Assembly: GCA_040386535.1 (NCBI GenBank) | Contig: JAZKFH010000027.1 | Span: forward strand, 76,314-140,313 | Direction of reading: 5' to 3' | DNA from: Myxococcota bacterium | GTDB taxonomy: Bacteria; Myxococcota_A; UBA796; SXON01 | DNA: 64,000 bases | Part shown: positions 11,422-22,551 of the stretch, in pieces | Numbering within the stretch: the first letter of the stretch is position 1 | Layout of the letters: the number at the start of each line of letters is the position of its first letter | Notes under the pieces: generated by a model | What the model saw: the letters and a program-made list of their open reading frames with translations, nothing else | The model's database searches: none | Told to the model about the DNA's origin: nothing | Translations under genes and position numbers: made by a program

Positions 11422-12948
11422 ATGCAGCCCATCCCCGGCTCCCCCGAAGAGCTGACCGCGTTCGCCGGCCTCCAGGCTCAGATGCCGGACCTGTTCCGGC
11501 GCGTCACCGCCGACCGTCGCCAGCCGCAGACGGTGGTGGTGGTGCCGAGCCTCTCGCTCGACCCGCAGGAGCTCGCCAAGGTCACCGGGGTGCACCACTA
11601 CGAAGAGCGCATGCTCTACATGTTGATGCTGCTCCGGCGCCCACGCACACGCGTCGTGTTCGTGACCAGCCAGCAGATCGACCCCATCGTGGTCGACTAC
11701 TTCCTGCACCTCCTCACGGGCGTGCCGGCGAGCCACGCGCGCGAACGGCTCGAGATGTACTGGTGCAACGACGCGAGCCGGCAGCCGCTGACCGCCAAGG
11801 TGCTGGCGCGCCACCGCCTCGTCGAGCGGATCCGCGCCGCCATCCCCGATCCCGCGGCGGCCCACCTCGTCTGTTTCAACAGCTCGCCGCTCGAACGCTC
11901 GTTGTCGGTGCGCCTCGGGATCCCGCTCTACGCCAGCGATCCCGCGCTGTACCACCTCGGCACCAAGTCGGGCTGCCGCGAGGTGTTCCGCGAGTCGGGC
12001 GTGTTGTTCCCCGACGGCTACGAGCATCTCCGCGATGGCGACGACATCGCCGCCTCCCTCGCCGCGCTCAAGTCCCAACACCCGGAGATGCGCCGTGCCG
12101 TGGTGAAGCTGAACGACGGCTTCTCGGGCGAGGGGAACGCGCTCTTCTACTTCGACGGGTGCGACGCCACGTCCGACGCGGAGCGCACCACGTGGTGCCG
12201 CGAGCGCCTCCAGTACCTGCGCTTCGAGGCGCCGGGAGAGACCTGGGAGCGGTACCACGCCAAGTACAAGGAGATGCGCGGGGTGGTCGAGATGTTCGTG
12301 GAGGGCGCGATCAAGCGCTCGCCGTCCTCGCAGAACCGCGTGAACGCGCTCGGCCAGGCGATGGCGATCTCCACGCACGACCAGGTGCTGGGCGGACCGA
12401 GCGGCCAGGTGTTCCTGGGCTGCACCTTCCCCGCGGACGACGAGTATCGCCTCGACATCCAACGCTCCGGCCTCCAGGTGGCCACCGCGTTGGCGAGCAA
12501 GGGCGTGCTCGGCCGCTTCGCGACGGATTTCGTGTCGGTCAAGGGCGCGGACGGCAGCTGGGAGCACCACGCCATCGAGGTCAACCTGCGCAAGGGCGGC
12601 ACCACCCACCCCTTCCTCACGCTGCGCTTCCTCACCGACGGCACGTACGACGAGGAGACCGGCCTGTTCTACTCCCAGAGCGGCCGCCCCAAGTTCTACT
12701 ACGGCAGCGACTCGGTGCAGTCCGACCAGTACAAGGGGCTGCGCCCCCAGGACCTCGTGGACATCGCGGTCCTGCACGAGCTGCACTTCCACGCGTCGAC
12801 CGAGCGCGGGGTCGTGTTCCACCTCATCGGCGCGTTGTCGGAGTTCGGGAAGCTGGGGATGGTGTGCATCGGCGACAACCCGCAGCAGGCCGAGTTCCTG
12901 TACCGCAAGACCCGCAGCGTGTTGGACCAGGCGACCCGCCGATCCTAA
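11422..12948 (+). CDS. PGM1-related ATP-grasp peptide ligase family protein
   Basis: VVVVPSLS..HYEER pre-ATP-grasp region; VVKLNDGFSGEGNA, STHDQVLGG and IEVNLRKGGTTHP motifs. Confidence 0.82.
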   Translation: MQPIPGSPEELTAFAGLQAQMPDLFRRVTADRRQPQTVVVVPSLSLDPQELAKVTGVHHYEERMLYMLMLLRRPRTRVVFVTSQQIDPIVVDYFLHLLTGVPASHARERLEMYWCNDASRQPLTAKVLARHRLVERIRAAIPDPAAAHLVCFNSSPLERSLSVRLGIPLYASDPALYHLGTKSGCREVFRESGVLFPDGYEHLRDGDDIAASLAALKSQHPEMRRAVVKLNDGFSGEGNALFYFDGCDATSDAERTTWCRERLQYLRFEAPGETWERYHAKYKEMRGVVEMFVEGAIKRSPSSQNRVNALGQAMAISTHDQVLGGPSGQVFLGCTFPADDEYRLDIQRSGLQVATALASKGVLGRFATDFVSVKGADGSWEHHAIEVNLRKGGTTHPFLTLRFLTDGTYDEETGLFYSQSGRPKFYYGSDSVQSDQYKGLRPQDLVDIAVLHELHFHASTERGVVFHLIGALSEFGKLGMVCIGDNPQQAEFLYRKTRSVLDQATRRS

Positions 12949-13066
12949 GGCCGACCGTTCGTCCGCTCGCCGCAGCCTTTCGTCCTCTCGCCGCCCCTCC
13001 CTGCCTCTTCCGCGGCCCTTCCGTCCCCTTGAATAGGCGGGCCGGTTGCGCGTACACTCCGGCCCG

Positions 13067-14677
13067 ATGAAGCCCTCCCTCCTGTCCTTGCTGGTCCTCG
13101 CTCCGGCCGTCGGTTGCAATCCGGACTTCGAGGTGCGGGAGCAGCCGCGCGTGCTCGACAGCTTCCCCTACGTGGACTGTGGCGCCGTGGCGCCCGGCGG
13201 GCGGCAGATCTGCACGGTGCCGTTGTTCTCCCAGGACAGCGGCGCGGTCACGATCTTCGACATCGCCGCGACGGACATCAGCTTCCCCGAGGGGGGCATC
13301 GGCGAGCAGGGCTCGGCCTTCATCGTCCGCGACGAGTACTGGATGCAGGCGGGCTGCGGCGACGGGGACTGCCGCTACCTCGAGGGCTACGACGACGAGT
13401 CCGACGAGGACACGCTGGCGCTCGACATCACCTTCGCGCCGATGACCGAGGGTTACTACCAGGGCGAGCTGACCATCTGGTCGAACGACAACAAGAGCAC
13501 GCTCGAGGAGCCGCTCCCGGACGAGCCCGAGCGCTCCGAGCACGTGTGGAAGGTCCAGCTGCGCGGCCTGGCCCGCCCGGCGTGCGGGCGCGTCTGGCCG
13601 ACGTTCATCGACATGGGCCTGCGCGAGGCCCCCGGCGCCGAGTTCGGCACCAACGCCCGCATCGAGAACTGCGGCATCGTGACGCTCGAGGTCTCCGCGT
13701 TCCCCGACAGCGGCACCGGCGCCGAGGAGATGGGGGTGACCACCACTCCCGCGGTCTACGTCCTGCCCGGGCTCTCCGAGGACATCGCGATCGCCTGGAA
13801 CGTCGGCACCCTGACCAACGGCGAGCCGACCCCCGTGTCCGCCGAGATCGGGTTCCAGGGCAACGCGGTCGACACGCTGAACGCGGCGACCCTCACGGTC
13901 GTCGGCAACGCGTGTGACCTGTCGGTCGACGAGGACTGGGATGCCGATGTGGACGGCTGGAGCCGGTGCGGCGGCGACTGTGACGACGCCGACTCCACCG
14001 CCAACCCCTCGGCCACGGAGCGCGCGGCGAACGGGCACGACGACGATTGTGACGGCACGATCGACGAGACCGCCAACCCCGTCGGCTCCGACGACGACGG
14101 CGACGGGTGGAGCGAGTCCGCGGGCGACTGTGACGACGCCGACGCCGCCATCTCGCCGGACGCGGTGGAGAGCATCAACCAGGTCGACGACGACTGCAAC
14201 GACCGCATCGACGACGCGACCGAGCGCTACGACGACGACCAGGACAGCTACTCCGAGCGCCAGGGCGACTGCGACGACACCAACCGCCTCGTGTCTCCCG
14301 CCGCCACGGAGACGACCGACGGGTTGGACAACGACTGCGACGGCGTGGTGGACGAGGGAGGCCCCGCTCACGACGACGACGTGGACGGTGCGGTCGAGGT
14401 CGAGGCGGACCCTGCGCAGAACGACTGCGACGACGAGGACTACTGGGTCTACGTGGGCGCGTTCGAATACTGCGACGGCTACGACAACGACTGCGACGGG
14501 GTCGTGGACGAGGGCGAGGCCGACGAGGCCGACGGCGCCTGCGCGTTCCTGCCGCGCCGCGAGGACGACGACGAGGTCGTCGACGAGACGAAGGGCTGCG
14601 CGACCACGCCGGGGACCACGGCTGCCGGGTGGTTGATCCTTGCGGCGGGCCTCGGGATCGCACGCCGCCGACGGTAG
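13067..14677 (+). CDS. Surface lipoprotein with Ig-like domains, 4 MopE-like metal-binding repeats and a MYXO-CTERM-like tail
   Basis: AVGC lipobox; four DxDxDG..DCDD..P.A.E..DxDCDG..DE repeats; tail KGCATT..GWLILAAGLGIARRRR. Confidence 0.82.
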   Translation: MKPSLLSLLVLAPAVGCNPDFEVREQPRVLDSFPYVDCGAVAPGGRQICTVPLFSQDSGAVTIFDIAATDISFPEGGIGEQGSAFIVRDEYWMQAGCGDGDCRYLEGYDDESDEDTLALDITFAPMTEGYYQGELTIWSNDNKSTLEEPLPDEPERSEHVWKVQLRGLARPACGRVWPTFIDMGLREAPGAEFGTNARIENCGIVTLEVSAFPDSGTGAEEMGVTTTPAVYVLPGLSEDIAIAWNVGTLTNGEPTPVSAEIGFQGNAVDTLNAATLTVVGNACDLSVDEDWDADVDGWSRCGGDCDDADSTANPSATERAANGHDDDCDGTIDETANPVGSDDDGDGWSESAGDCDDADAAISPDAVESINQVDDDCNDRIDDATERYDDDQDSYSERQGDCDDTNRLVSPAATETTDGLDNDCDGVVDEGGPAHDDDVDGAVEVEADPAQNDCDDEDYWVYVGAFEYCDGYDNDCDGVVDEGEADEADGACAFLPRREDDDEVVDETKGCATTPGTTAAGWLILAAGLGIARRRR

Positions 14678-14762
14678 CCGGCGCGGCCTCGGCGCGACGC
14701 GGATCGGCATCGCGGCCGCATGGATGCTTGTCGGGGTGGAGTCGCGTGTCTACCGATTGGGG

Positions 14763-16613
14763 ATGCGGCCTGCTGGCGCCAACGTCGTCCTCCTCTTGAG
14801 TGCCCTCGCGATCGTGGCGCTCGTCCTCTACGTGTTCGACTTGAACGAGTCGCGGCCCGTCAAATACTCCGAATTCAAGACGATGATCGAGGCCGGCCAG
14901 GTGGAGTCGGTCACGTTCACGGGCGAGGCCGTCACCGCGGAGGTGAAGCCGGCCGCCGGGGAGACGCCGCCGCCGCCGGACGTGCGCACCGTGGCCGTCC
15001 CGGGGGACGAGTCGCTGGTGCAGCTGCTCCAGGCCAAGAACATCCCCTACGGCGCCGAGTCGGTGAACGGCTGCGCGGGCGGCTCGATGCTGCTCACGAT
15101 GTTGCTGCTCTCCGTGGGCCTCTGGTTCCTGCTGGCGCGGCCCTCGGGTGGCGCGCCTCCGGGCATCGCCGCGTTCGGCAAGTCCCAGGCCAAGCTCGCA
15201 CCCGAGGAGGGCATCGGCGTCACCTTCAAGGACGTGGCCGGCATCGACGAGGCGGAGGAGGAGCTGAACGAGATCGTCCAGTTCCTCAAGACCCCCGAGC
15301 GTTTCACCCGCCTCGGCGGCCGCATCCCCAAGGGCGTGCTCCTCATCGGTCCGCCGGGCACTGGAAAGACGCTCCTCGCGCGCGCCGTCGCTGGTGAGGC
15401 CGGGGTGCCCTTCTTCAGCATCTCCGGCAGCGATTTCGTCGAGATGTTCGTCGGCGTGGGCGCGGCCCGCGTGCGTGACCTGTTCAAGCAGGCCGCCGAG
15501 CGCGCGCCGTGCATCATCTTCATCGACGAGCTCGACGCCATCGGCAAGGCGCGCGAGCCGAACGGCATCGTGGGCGGCCAGGACGAGCGCCACCAGACGC
15601 TCAACCAGCTCCTCGTCGAGATGGACGGGTTCGACGGCCGCAAGGGCATCATCATGCTCGCGGCCACCAACCGCCCGGAGACCCTCGATCCGGCCCTGCT
15701 CCGCGCCGGCCGGTTCGATCGGCAGGTCGTGGTGGACCGCCCCGACGTGAAGGGGCGCGAGGCCATCCTCCGCGTCCATGCCCGCAACATGCGCCTCGCG
15801 GAGGACGCCGACCTGAAGGTGGTCGCCCAGCGCACCCCCGGGTTCTCCGGCGCCGACCTCGCCAACGCCCTGAACGAGGCCGCCCTGCTCGCGGCGCGCC
15901 GCGGCAAGGAGGACATCCATCTCGCCGACATCGAGGACGCCGTCGAGCGCATGGTCGTCGGCCTGGAGAAGAAGTCGCGGCGCCTGTCCCAGGCCGAGCG
16001 AAAGGTCGTGGCCTACCACGAGGCGGGGCACGCGGTGTGCGCGGCGGGTTCGCCCGGTGCGGACCCCGTGCAGAAGATCAGCATCATCCCGCGTGGCATC
16101 GGCGCCCTCGGCTACACGGTCACGATGCCGCTCGAGGACCGCTACCTCGTGAGCCGCCAGGAGCTGGTCAATCGGCTCGTCGTGCTCTACGGCGGCCGCG
16201 CGGCCGAGGAGCTCGTGTTCGGGGACTTCACGACCGGCGCCGCGGACGACATCTCCAAGGCGAGCGACCTCGCCCGGCGCATGGTCACGCAGTTCGGCAT
16301 GTCGCTCCTGCTCGGCGCGGTGAACTACGGCTCCGACCGGCCCAACCCCTTCGGGATGGGCGGTGCCGTGCGGGACGTGGCGATCAGCGAGGAGACCTCG
16401 CGCGCGATCGACGGCGAGGTGCGCAAGCTCCTCGACGAGGCCCACGTCCGCGCCCGCGCCCTGGTGCGGGTCAACCGCGACCTGATGGACGCGATGACCG
16501 CCACGCTCCTCGAGCACGAGGTGATCGACGGCGAGGCGCTGAAGTCGCTCCTCTCGCGCGTGTTGAGCGACGCGCCGGAGAGCCACCTCGCGCCCGGGTT
16601 CGCGAGCGCGTAG
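14763..16613 (+). CDS. ftsH: ATP-dependent zinc metalloprotease FtsH
   Basis: Two TMs; [36 protein letters not shown] and HEAGH motifs. Confidence 0.96.
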   Translation: MRPAGANVVLLLSALAIVALVLYVFDLNESRPVKYSEFKTMIEAGQVESVTFTGEAVTAEVKPAAGETPPPPDVRTVAVPGDESLVQLLQAKNIPYGAESVNGCAGGSMLLTMLLLSVGLWFLLARPSGGAPPGIAAFGKSQAKLAPEEGIGVTFKDVAGIDEAEEELNEIVQFLKTPERFTRLGGRIPKGVLLIGPPGTGKTLLARAVAGEAGVPFFSISGSDFVEMFVGVGAARVRDLFKQAAERAPCIIFIDELDAIGKAREPNGIVGGQDERHQTLNQLLVEMDGFDGRKGIIMLAATNRPETLDPALLRAGRFDRQVVVDRPDVKGREAILRVHARNMRLAEDADLKVVAQRTPGFSGADLANALNEAALLAARRGKEDIHLADIEDAVERMVVGLEKKSRRLSQAERKVVAYHEAGHAVCAAGSPGADPVQKISIIPRGIGALGYTVTMPLEDRYLVSRQELVNRLVVLYGGRAAEELVFGDFTTGAADDISKASDLARRMVTQFGMSLLLGAVNYGSDRPNPFGMGGAVRDVAISEETSRAIDGEVRKLLDEAHVRARALVRVNRDLMDAMTATLLEHEVIDGEALKSLLSRVLSDAPESHLAPGFASA

Positions 16614-16670
16614 TCCCTCCGAGTAGCTCTCCGCGGAGGAACGGGGGAGTCCCGCCGGACGTCGCCGACC

Positions 16671-16783
16671 GGGGTGGGCAGGGCGTACGGCGAATGGCCG
16701 CGGGTACGGCGGAAGGGGCCCCTTGGGAAGGCCACCGCCGGGGGCCCCGCGGCGGTTCCTTCGCCGTACGTCCTGACCACCCC
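16671..16783. other. 113-nt nested inverted repeat (long hairpin) of unknown function
   Basis: Arms 16671-16694 and 16760-16783 pair at 22 of 24 positions plus one G-U; nested inner stems. Confidence 0.6.
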
Positions 16784-16799
16784 ACGTTAAGCGGGCGGC

Positions 16800-18584
16800 A
16801 TGCGCGACCTTAGAGCCTTCCTCGACGTCCTTCGCCGCGAGGGTGACCTCGTCGAGATCGACGCCCCGTGTGATCCCAAGCTGGAGATCGCCGAGATCCA
16901 CCGCCGCGTGATCGCCGCGGACGGCCCGGCGATCCTGTTCAAGCGCCCGAACGGGGCCGACTTCCCGCTCGTGACCAACCTGTTCGGCACGAAGAAGCGC
17001 GTCGACCTCGCCTTCGGCGGCCGCCCCGGCGAGTTCATCCGCCGCGTGGCGGCGTTGCCGCACGAGCTGATGCCGCCTTCGCTCGGCAAGCTCTGGGCGC
17101 AGCGGGACCTCGCGTGGCAGGGCATGTCGCTCGGGCTCAAACACTCCGCGCGGGGCGCCGTCACCGAGGTGGTGGAGCGTGACCCCAAGCTCTCCCGCAT
17201 CCCGATGCTGCACTGCTGGCCGGAGGACGGCGGCTCGTTCGTGACGCTGCCGCTCGTGTACACGGAGCACCCGAAGACCGGCGTGCACAACCTCGGCATG
17301 TACCGGATCCAGCGCCACGACGACCGCACGACCGGCATGCACTGGCAGATCGCGAAGGGTGGCGGCTTTCACCACCACGTGGCCGAGCAGGAGGGCCAGG
17401 CCCTCCCGGTGAACCTGTTCGTGGGCGGGCCCCCGGGGCTCATCCTCTCCGCGATCGCGCCGCTGCCGGAGAACGTGCCGGAGCTGCTCCTGGCCTCGCT
17501 GCTGCTGGGCGACCGCCTGCCGCGCTGCGACAACCCCGCCGGGCCGATGCCGCTGGTGTCGGACTGCGAGTTCGCCTTCGTCGGCAAGGTGCCGCCGCAC
17601 GTGCGCCGCCCCGAGGGGCCGTTCGGCGATCACTACGGCTACTACTCGCTCCAGCACGACTACCCGATCTTCGAGGTCGACGCGGTGTGCCACCGGAAGG
17701 ACGCGATCTGGCCCGCCACGGTGGTCGGCAAGCCCCGCCAGGAGGATTTCTACATCGGGGACTACCTGCAGGAGCTGCTCTCGCCGCTGTTCCCGCTGGT
17801 GATGCCGCAGGTGCGCAACCTCTGGAGCTACGGCGAGAGCGGCTACCACTCGCTCTCCTCCGCGGTGGTGCAGGAGCGCTACGGCCGCGAGGCCATGGCG
17901 AGCGCGTTCCGCATCCTCGGCGAGGGCCAGCTCTCCCTCACCAAGTTCCTGCTGCTGCTCGACACCCCGATGGACCTGCGGGACTTCAAGCCCGTGCTGG
18001 AGCACGTCCTCGCGCGCTTCAAGCCCGAGACCGACCTGTACGTGCTCTCCAACCTCTCGATGGACACGCTCGACTACGCCGGCCCCGCCGTGAACGAGGG
18101 CAGCAAGGGCGTCATGCTGGGCGTCGGCAAGCCGGTCCGCGATCTGTTGCGCACCTACAAGGGCGAGCCCCCCATCGGCGTGGTGGACGTGCGGCCCTAC
18201 TGCGGCGGCTGCCTCGTGGTGCAGGGCGTGCCCTACCGCGACGAGCCCGACCAGGCCGCACGCCTCGCCGACGCGTTCCCCGGGTGGCCGCTCGTGGTGC
18301 TGGTCGACGACGCGGAGGCCACCGTCCGCACCGACGCGCGTTTCATCTGGACCGCGTTCACCCGCTTCGAGCCCGCCGCCGATCTGCACGGCAAGCGGCG
18401 CATCCATCGCAACCACCTCGTGTTCGAGGGCTCCATCGTGCTCGACGCGCGGATGAAGCCCACCTACCCGAAGGAGCTCTTCTGCGACCCGGACACGGAG
18501 AAGCTCGTGTCGGACCGTTGGAGCGAGTACTTCCCCAGCGGGAAGGTGGTCATGGGCGACTCGGGGGCGGGCCACCTCGGGTAG
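16800..18584 (+). CDS. UbiD-family prFMN-dependent decarboxylase (menaquinone-type)
   Basis: LEIAEIHRRV, VTNLFGT, WPEDGGSFVT, HNLGMYR, PEGPFGDHYGYY and GKPRQED motifs. Confidence 0.92.
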   Translation: MRDLRAFLDVLRREGDLVEIDAPCDPKLEIAEIHRRVIAADGPAILFKRPNGADFPLVTNLFGTKKRVDLAFGGRPGEFIRRVAALPHELMPPSLGKLWAQRDLAWQGMSLGLKHSARGAVTEVVERDPKLSRIPMLHCWPEDGGSFVTLPLVYTEHPKTGVHNLGMYRIQRHDDRTTGMHWQIAKGGGFHHHVAEQEGQALPVNLFVGGPPGLILSAIAPLPENVPELLLASLLLGDRLPRCDNPAGPMPLVSDCEFAFVGKVPPHVRRPEGPFGDHYGYYSLQHDYPIFEVDAVCHRKDAIWPATVVGKPRQEDFYIGDYLQELLSPLFPLVMPQVRNLWSYGESGYHSLSSAVVQERYGREAMASAFRILGEGQLSLTKFLLLLDTPMDLRDFKPVLEHVLARFKPETDLYVLSNLSMDTLDYAGPAVNEGSKGVMLGVGKPVRDLLRTYKGEPPIGVVDVRPYCGGCLVVQGVPYRDEPDQAARLADAFPGWPLVVLVDDAEATVRTDARFIWTAFTRFEPAADLHGKRRIHRNHLVFEGSIVLDARMKPTYPKELFCDPDTEKLVSDRWSEYFPSGKVVMGDSGAGHLG

Positions 18585-18596
18585 GGCCGGGGACGG

Positions 18597-19292
18597 TCAG
18601 AGCCGCGCGGCCGCTTCCTTGAGCTTGCGCGCGGCGTCCGCCAGCACGGCGTCGCCATGCGAGACCGCGACCATCGCGAGGTCGGGGTTCTCCGCCATCT
18701 CCTCGAGCCAGCCGCGGTAGGCCTTCGCGTCCGTCAGCATCAGGAACCGGCCGAGGCGCGTCATGCCGAAGTCGCCCGAGCTGCCCATCGCGCGGAGCAC
18801 GAGCCCGCCGAAGCCGGGCTGGTGCGGCACGTTGAACAGTGCGTCACACACGACGAGGCCGTGGCCGGCGCCGACGTCGAGCTCGTAGACGTGCTCGGTG
18901 TGCTTCACCCCGCGGGGCGCGTGCGTGCGGACCCCGGGGACATCGGTGTCCAGCCCGTCGACCTTCACCACCTGCTCGACCTTCACGCGGCTCTCCTCGG
19001 GGCACACGACGTGGAGGGCGGGGTAGCGCGCCTTCCACACCCCGGCGTCGAGGCGGTGAAAACCGTTCGGCACCACCAGCACCGTGGGCGGCCCGAGCGC
19101 CTCGATCTCGGCCATCGTCGCATCGTCACACGCGATGGCGCTGTGGATCCACAGCCCGCCCGCGGGCAAACGCCAGATCGTCATGGAGCGCGGGAGCGCC
19201 ATGTTGCGGAGCGTGCCGGTGACCTGCCAGATGCGCGGCGCGAGCTGGGTGAGCGGGCCGTGGGGCGACACGTGGGCGGTCCAGGGGGTCAT
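18597..19292 (-). CDS. DUF4336-like / metallo-beta-lactamase-fold protein
   Basis: RSMTIWRL..GGLWIHS, VPNGFHRLD and VSHG motifs; ATGA overlap with the upstream gene. Confidence 0.75.
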   Translation of the reverse strand: MTPWTAHVSPHGPLTQLAPRIWQVTGTLRNMALPRSMTIWRLPAGGLWIHSAIACDDATMAEIEALGPPTVLVVPNGFHRLDAGVWKARYPALHVVCPEESRVKVEQVVKVDGLDTDVPGVRTHAPRGVKHTEHVYELDVGAGHGLVVCDALFNVPHQPGFGGLVLRAMGSSGDFGMTRLGRFLMLTDAKAYRGWLEEMAENPDLAMVAVSHGDAVLADAARKLKEAAARL

Positions 19293-19807
19293 GGGGGCGC
19301 TCCGGCGTCGGTCGATCCGGACCCCGACTCCCACGCGGGCCTCACGTCCGGCACGAGGGGCTTGGACCCGTCCGAGGCGCCGGTGGGCGGCGCGGGCAGC
19401 CCGGCGCTGGCGGGGGGTGGGAACGAGCGCCCGGCGGCGTCAGCGATGATCCGGGTCTTCTCCTCCAGATCGTGCACCTTGCGCTCCAGGTCCCGGCCGT
19501 TGCCTTCGAGCTCGACCAGGAGCAAGGCGTAGGCGTACTCCATCTCGATGACGGGGCCGACCTCCGCGAGGGCCTCGGTGCCGTCCAGGCGGCGCGCGGC
19601 CTCCTCCAGGCGCGGCTCCCAGCGCTCGGTGTAGACGCGCTCCGCGAGCACGCGCGCGGCCTCCCGATTGCCGGCCTTCCAGAGCTGCTCCACCTCTTCG
19701 AGGCCCGCGACCACGAGCTCGCCCTCCTGTTTCCAGGTGTGGGTCTCGGGGGCCAGGGTCGCCTCGACGGGCGGCGCGCAGGCGGTCAGCAACAGCAGCG
19801 TGAACAT
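19289..19807 (-). CDS. Hypothetical helical lipoprotein
   Basis: MFTLLLLTAC lipobox; helical, Glu-rich body. Confidence 0.65.
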   Translation of the reverse strand: MFTLLLLTACAPPVEATLAPETHTWKQEGELVVAGLEEVEQLWKAGNREAARVLAERVYTERWEPRLEEAARRLDGTEALAEVGPVIEMEYAYALLLVELEGNGRDLERKVHDLEEKTRIIADAAGRSFPPPASAGLPAPPTGASDGSKPLVPDVRPAWESGSGSTDAGAPP

Positions 19808-19895
19808 CGCGAGAGGAGGTATCGCGGCCCATGCTGGGGGGGCACCTTCCCGCCTCCACCATTGGTGCGTATGCTGCGTCGGCACCGAGGAACCC

Positions 19896-22493
19896 ATGAA
19901 GTTCGAACGTTTCACCGTCAAGGCTCGCGAGGTCATCTCCGATGCCCAGCAGCTCGCGGGCAAGTTCGGAAATCCCGAGATCCGCCCCCAGCACTTCCTG
20001 CTCGTGCTGCTCACCCAGGAGAAGGGCATCGCGCCCACCCTCCTCTCGCAGATCGGCGTGGACGTGCAGGGATTGACGCGGGAGGCCGCCAAGCTCGTGG
20101 ACGAGCTGCCGAAGGTGAGCGGCGGGGCCCAGGCCCAGCTCTCCCGCCAGGCGCAGGAGGTGCTGAACGTCGCGGAGAAGGAGGCCAAGACCCTCGGCGA
20201 CACCCACATCGCCACCGAGCTCATCCTCCTCGGCATCGCCGACGTGAAGGACAAGCCGCAGCAGCTCCTCAAGGACTACGGCGCCACGCGCGAACGCATC
20301 CTCAACGCGATGCAGGTCATGCGCGCCGGCAAGAACGTGTCGGGGGAAGAGGCGGAGAGCCAATACGAGGCCCTGAAGAAGTACACTCGCGACCTGACGG
20401 CCCAGGCGCGCGAGGGCAAGATCGACCCGGTGGTCGGGCGGGACGAGGAGATCCGGCGCACGCTCCAGGTGCTCTCCCGCCGCAGCAAGAACAACCCCGT
20501 GCTCATCGGCGATCCCGGCGTCGGCAAGACCGCCATCGTCGAGGGCATCGCCCAGCGCATCGCCGCGGGCGACGTGCCGGAGAGCCTCAAGGACAAGAAG
20601 GTCCTCTCGCTCGACATGGCCGCGCTCATCGCCGGCGCGAAGTACCGCGGCGAGTTCGAGGAGCGCCTCAAGGCCGTGCTCAACGAGATCGAGGCCGCCA
20701 AGGGCGAGATCATCCTGTTCATCGACGAGCTCCACATGGTCGTCGGCGCCGGCAAGTCCGAGGGCTCGATGGACGCGGGGAACATGCTCAAGCCGGCGCT
20801 CGCGCGCGGAGAGCTCCGGTGCCTCGGCGCCACCACGCTCGACGAGTTCCGCAAGCACATCGAGAAGGACAAGGCGCTCGAGCGCCGCTTCCAGCCGGTG
20901 TACGTGGACGAGCCGAGCGTGCAGGACACGATCCGCATCCTCCGCGGCATCAAGGAGAAGTACGAGCAGCACCACGGCATCCGCATCACGGACGACGCGA
21001 TCATCGCCGCCGCGGTGATGTCGGACCGCTACATCAACGACCGCCAGCTCCCCGACAAGGCGATCGATCTCATCGACGAGGCCGCCAGCCGCCTGAAGAT
21101 GGAGATCGAGAGCCTGCCCCAGCCGATCGACGTGCTGGAGCGCGCCGCGCGCGGCATGAAGGTCGAGCTCGCGGCGCTCGCCCGCGAGACCGACAAGGGG
21201 GCGATCGAGCGCGCGAACAAGCTGCGCGCCGACATCGCCGACAAGGAGGAGGAGGCCGGCGTGCTCCGCAGCCAGTGGCAGGCGGAGAAGAACGCGCTCG
21301 ACGCCATCCGGGACAACGCCGAGAAGATCGACCAGCTCAAGCACAACCTCGAGCGGATGCAGCGCTCGGGTGAGTACGAGGCCGCCAGCCGGGTGCAGTT
21401 CGGCGAGCTGCCCGAGGCCCAGCGCCAGCTCGCGGCTGCTCAGGAGCGCCTCGCCCTGCTCCAGAAGGACGGCGGCGTGCTCCGCGAGGTGGTGACCGAC
21501 GAGGACATCGCGCTCGTCGTGTCGAAGTGGACCGGCGTGCCCGTGACCAAGCTCAAGGAGGGCGAGCAGGCCAAGCTCCTCAAGATGGAGGAGAACCTCC
21601 ACAACCGCGTCATCGGCCAGCACCCGGCGATCGTGGCCGTGTCGGACGCGGTGCGCCGCTCGCGCGCCGGCCTGCAGGACCCGAACCGCCCCATCGGCAG
21701 CTTCATCTTCCTCGGCCCCACCGGCGTCGGGAAGACCGAGCTCGCCAAGGCGCTCGCCGAGTTCCTGTTCGACGACGAGAACAACATCGTGCGCATCGAC
21801 ATGTCCGAGTACATGGAGAAGCACACGGTGGCCCGGCTCATCGGCGCGCCCCCCGGCTACGTCGGCTACGACGAGGGCGGGCAGCTCACCGAGGCCGTGC
21901 GGCGCCGCCCCTACAGCGTCGTGCTGCTCGACGAGATCGAGAAGGCGCACCCCGACGTGTTCAACGTGCTCCTCCAGGTGCTGGACGACGGCCGGCTGAC
22001 CGACAGCAAGGGCCGCACGGTCGACTTCAAGAACACCGTCATCATCCTGACGAGCAACGTCGGCAGCCGCCTCATCATGGAGCACCAGGACGACCGGCCG
22101 CGCATGGAGAAGGAGGTGCTCGCCGAGCTGCGCCGCACCTTCAAGCCCGAGTTCCTCAACCGCATCGACGACATCATCATCTTCGACGCGCTGAAGCGCG
22201 AGGACATGGACAAGATCCTCGACGTCCAGCTCCGCCGTGTGCGGAAGCTCCTCGCGGATCGCCAGCTCTCGCTGGAGCTGTCCCCGGCCGCCAAACACGC
22301 GATCGCCGAGGCCGGGTTCGATCCGATGTTCGGCGCCCGCCCGCTGAAGCGCTCGATCCAGCAGTACCTGCTGAACCCGATGTCGAAGACGATCGTGGCC
22401 GGCGGATACGGCCCCGGGGACACCGTCAAGATCGATGTAGACGGGCAGGATCTGACGTTCGAGCGGGTCCCGGCGCTCGAGGACGCGAAGTAG
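19896..22493 (+). CDS. clpB: Chaperone ClpB
   Basis: Clp N domain; GDPGVGKT; coiled-coil middle domain; [34 protein letters not shown]. Confidence 0.97.
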   Translation: MKFERFTVKAREVISDAQQLAGKFGNPEIRPQHFLLVLLTQEKGIAPTLLSQIGVDVQGLTREAAKLVDELPKVSGGAQAQLSRQAQEVLNVAEKEAKTLGDTHIATELILLGIADVKDKPQQLLKDYGATRERILNAMQVMRAGKNVSGEEAESQYEALKKYTRDLTAQAREGKIDPVVGRDEEIRRTLQVLSRRSKNNPVLIGDPGVGKTAIVEGIAQRIAAGDVPESLKDKKVLSLDMAALIAGAKYRGEFEERLKAVLNEIEAAKGEIILFIDELHMVVGAGKSEGSMDAGNMLKPALARGELRCLGATTLDEFRKHIEKDKALERRFQPVYVDEPSVQDTIRILRGIKEKYEQHHGIRITDDAIIAAAVMSDRYINDRQLPDKAIDLIDEAASRLKMEIESLPQPIDVLERAARGMKVELAALARETDKGAIERANKLRADIADKEEEAGVLRSQWQAEKNALDAIRDNAEKIDQLKHNLERMQRSGEYEAASRVQFGELPEAQRQLAAAQERLALLQKDGGVLREVVTDEDIALVVSKWTGVPVTKLKEGEQAKLLKMEENLHNRVIGQHPAIVAVSDAVRRSRAGLQDPNRPIGSFIFLGPTGVGKTELAKALAEFLFDDENNIVRIDMSEYMEKHTVARLIGAPPGYVGYDEGGQLTEAVRRRPYSVVLLDEIEKAHPDVFNVLLQVLDDGRLTDSKGRTVDFKNTVIILTSNVGSRLIMEHQDDRPRMEKEVLAELRRTFKPEFLNRIDDIIIFDALKREDMDKILDVQLRRVRKLLADRQLSLELSPAAKHAIAEAGFDPMFGARPLKRSIQQYLLNPMSKTIVAGGYGPGDTVKIDVDGQDLTFERVPALEDAK

Positions 22494-22551
22494 GCGCGCT
22501 GCGAGACGACGCGCGCGCGTGATGGGCCAGAAGTGGTCTATGATCGCGCGG

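Noticed and set aside
16671..16791. Hairpin as SRP 4.5S RNA or a Tn3-type MITE
   Set aside because: It lacks the SRP helix-8 CAGG..GGAA..AGCA motif on both strands. There is no 5-bp target duplication, and the CACGTTAAG lies outside the repeat without a GGGG 38 bp upstream.
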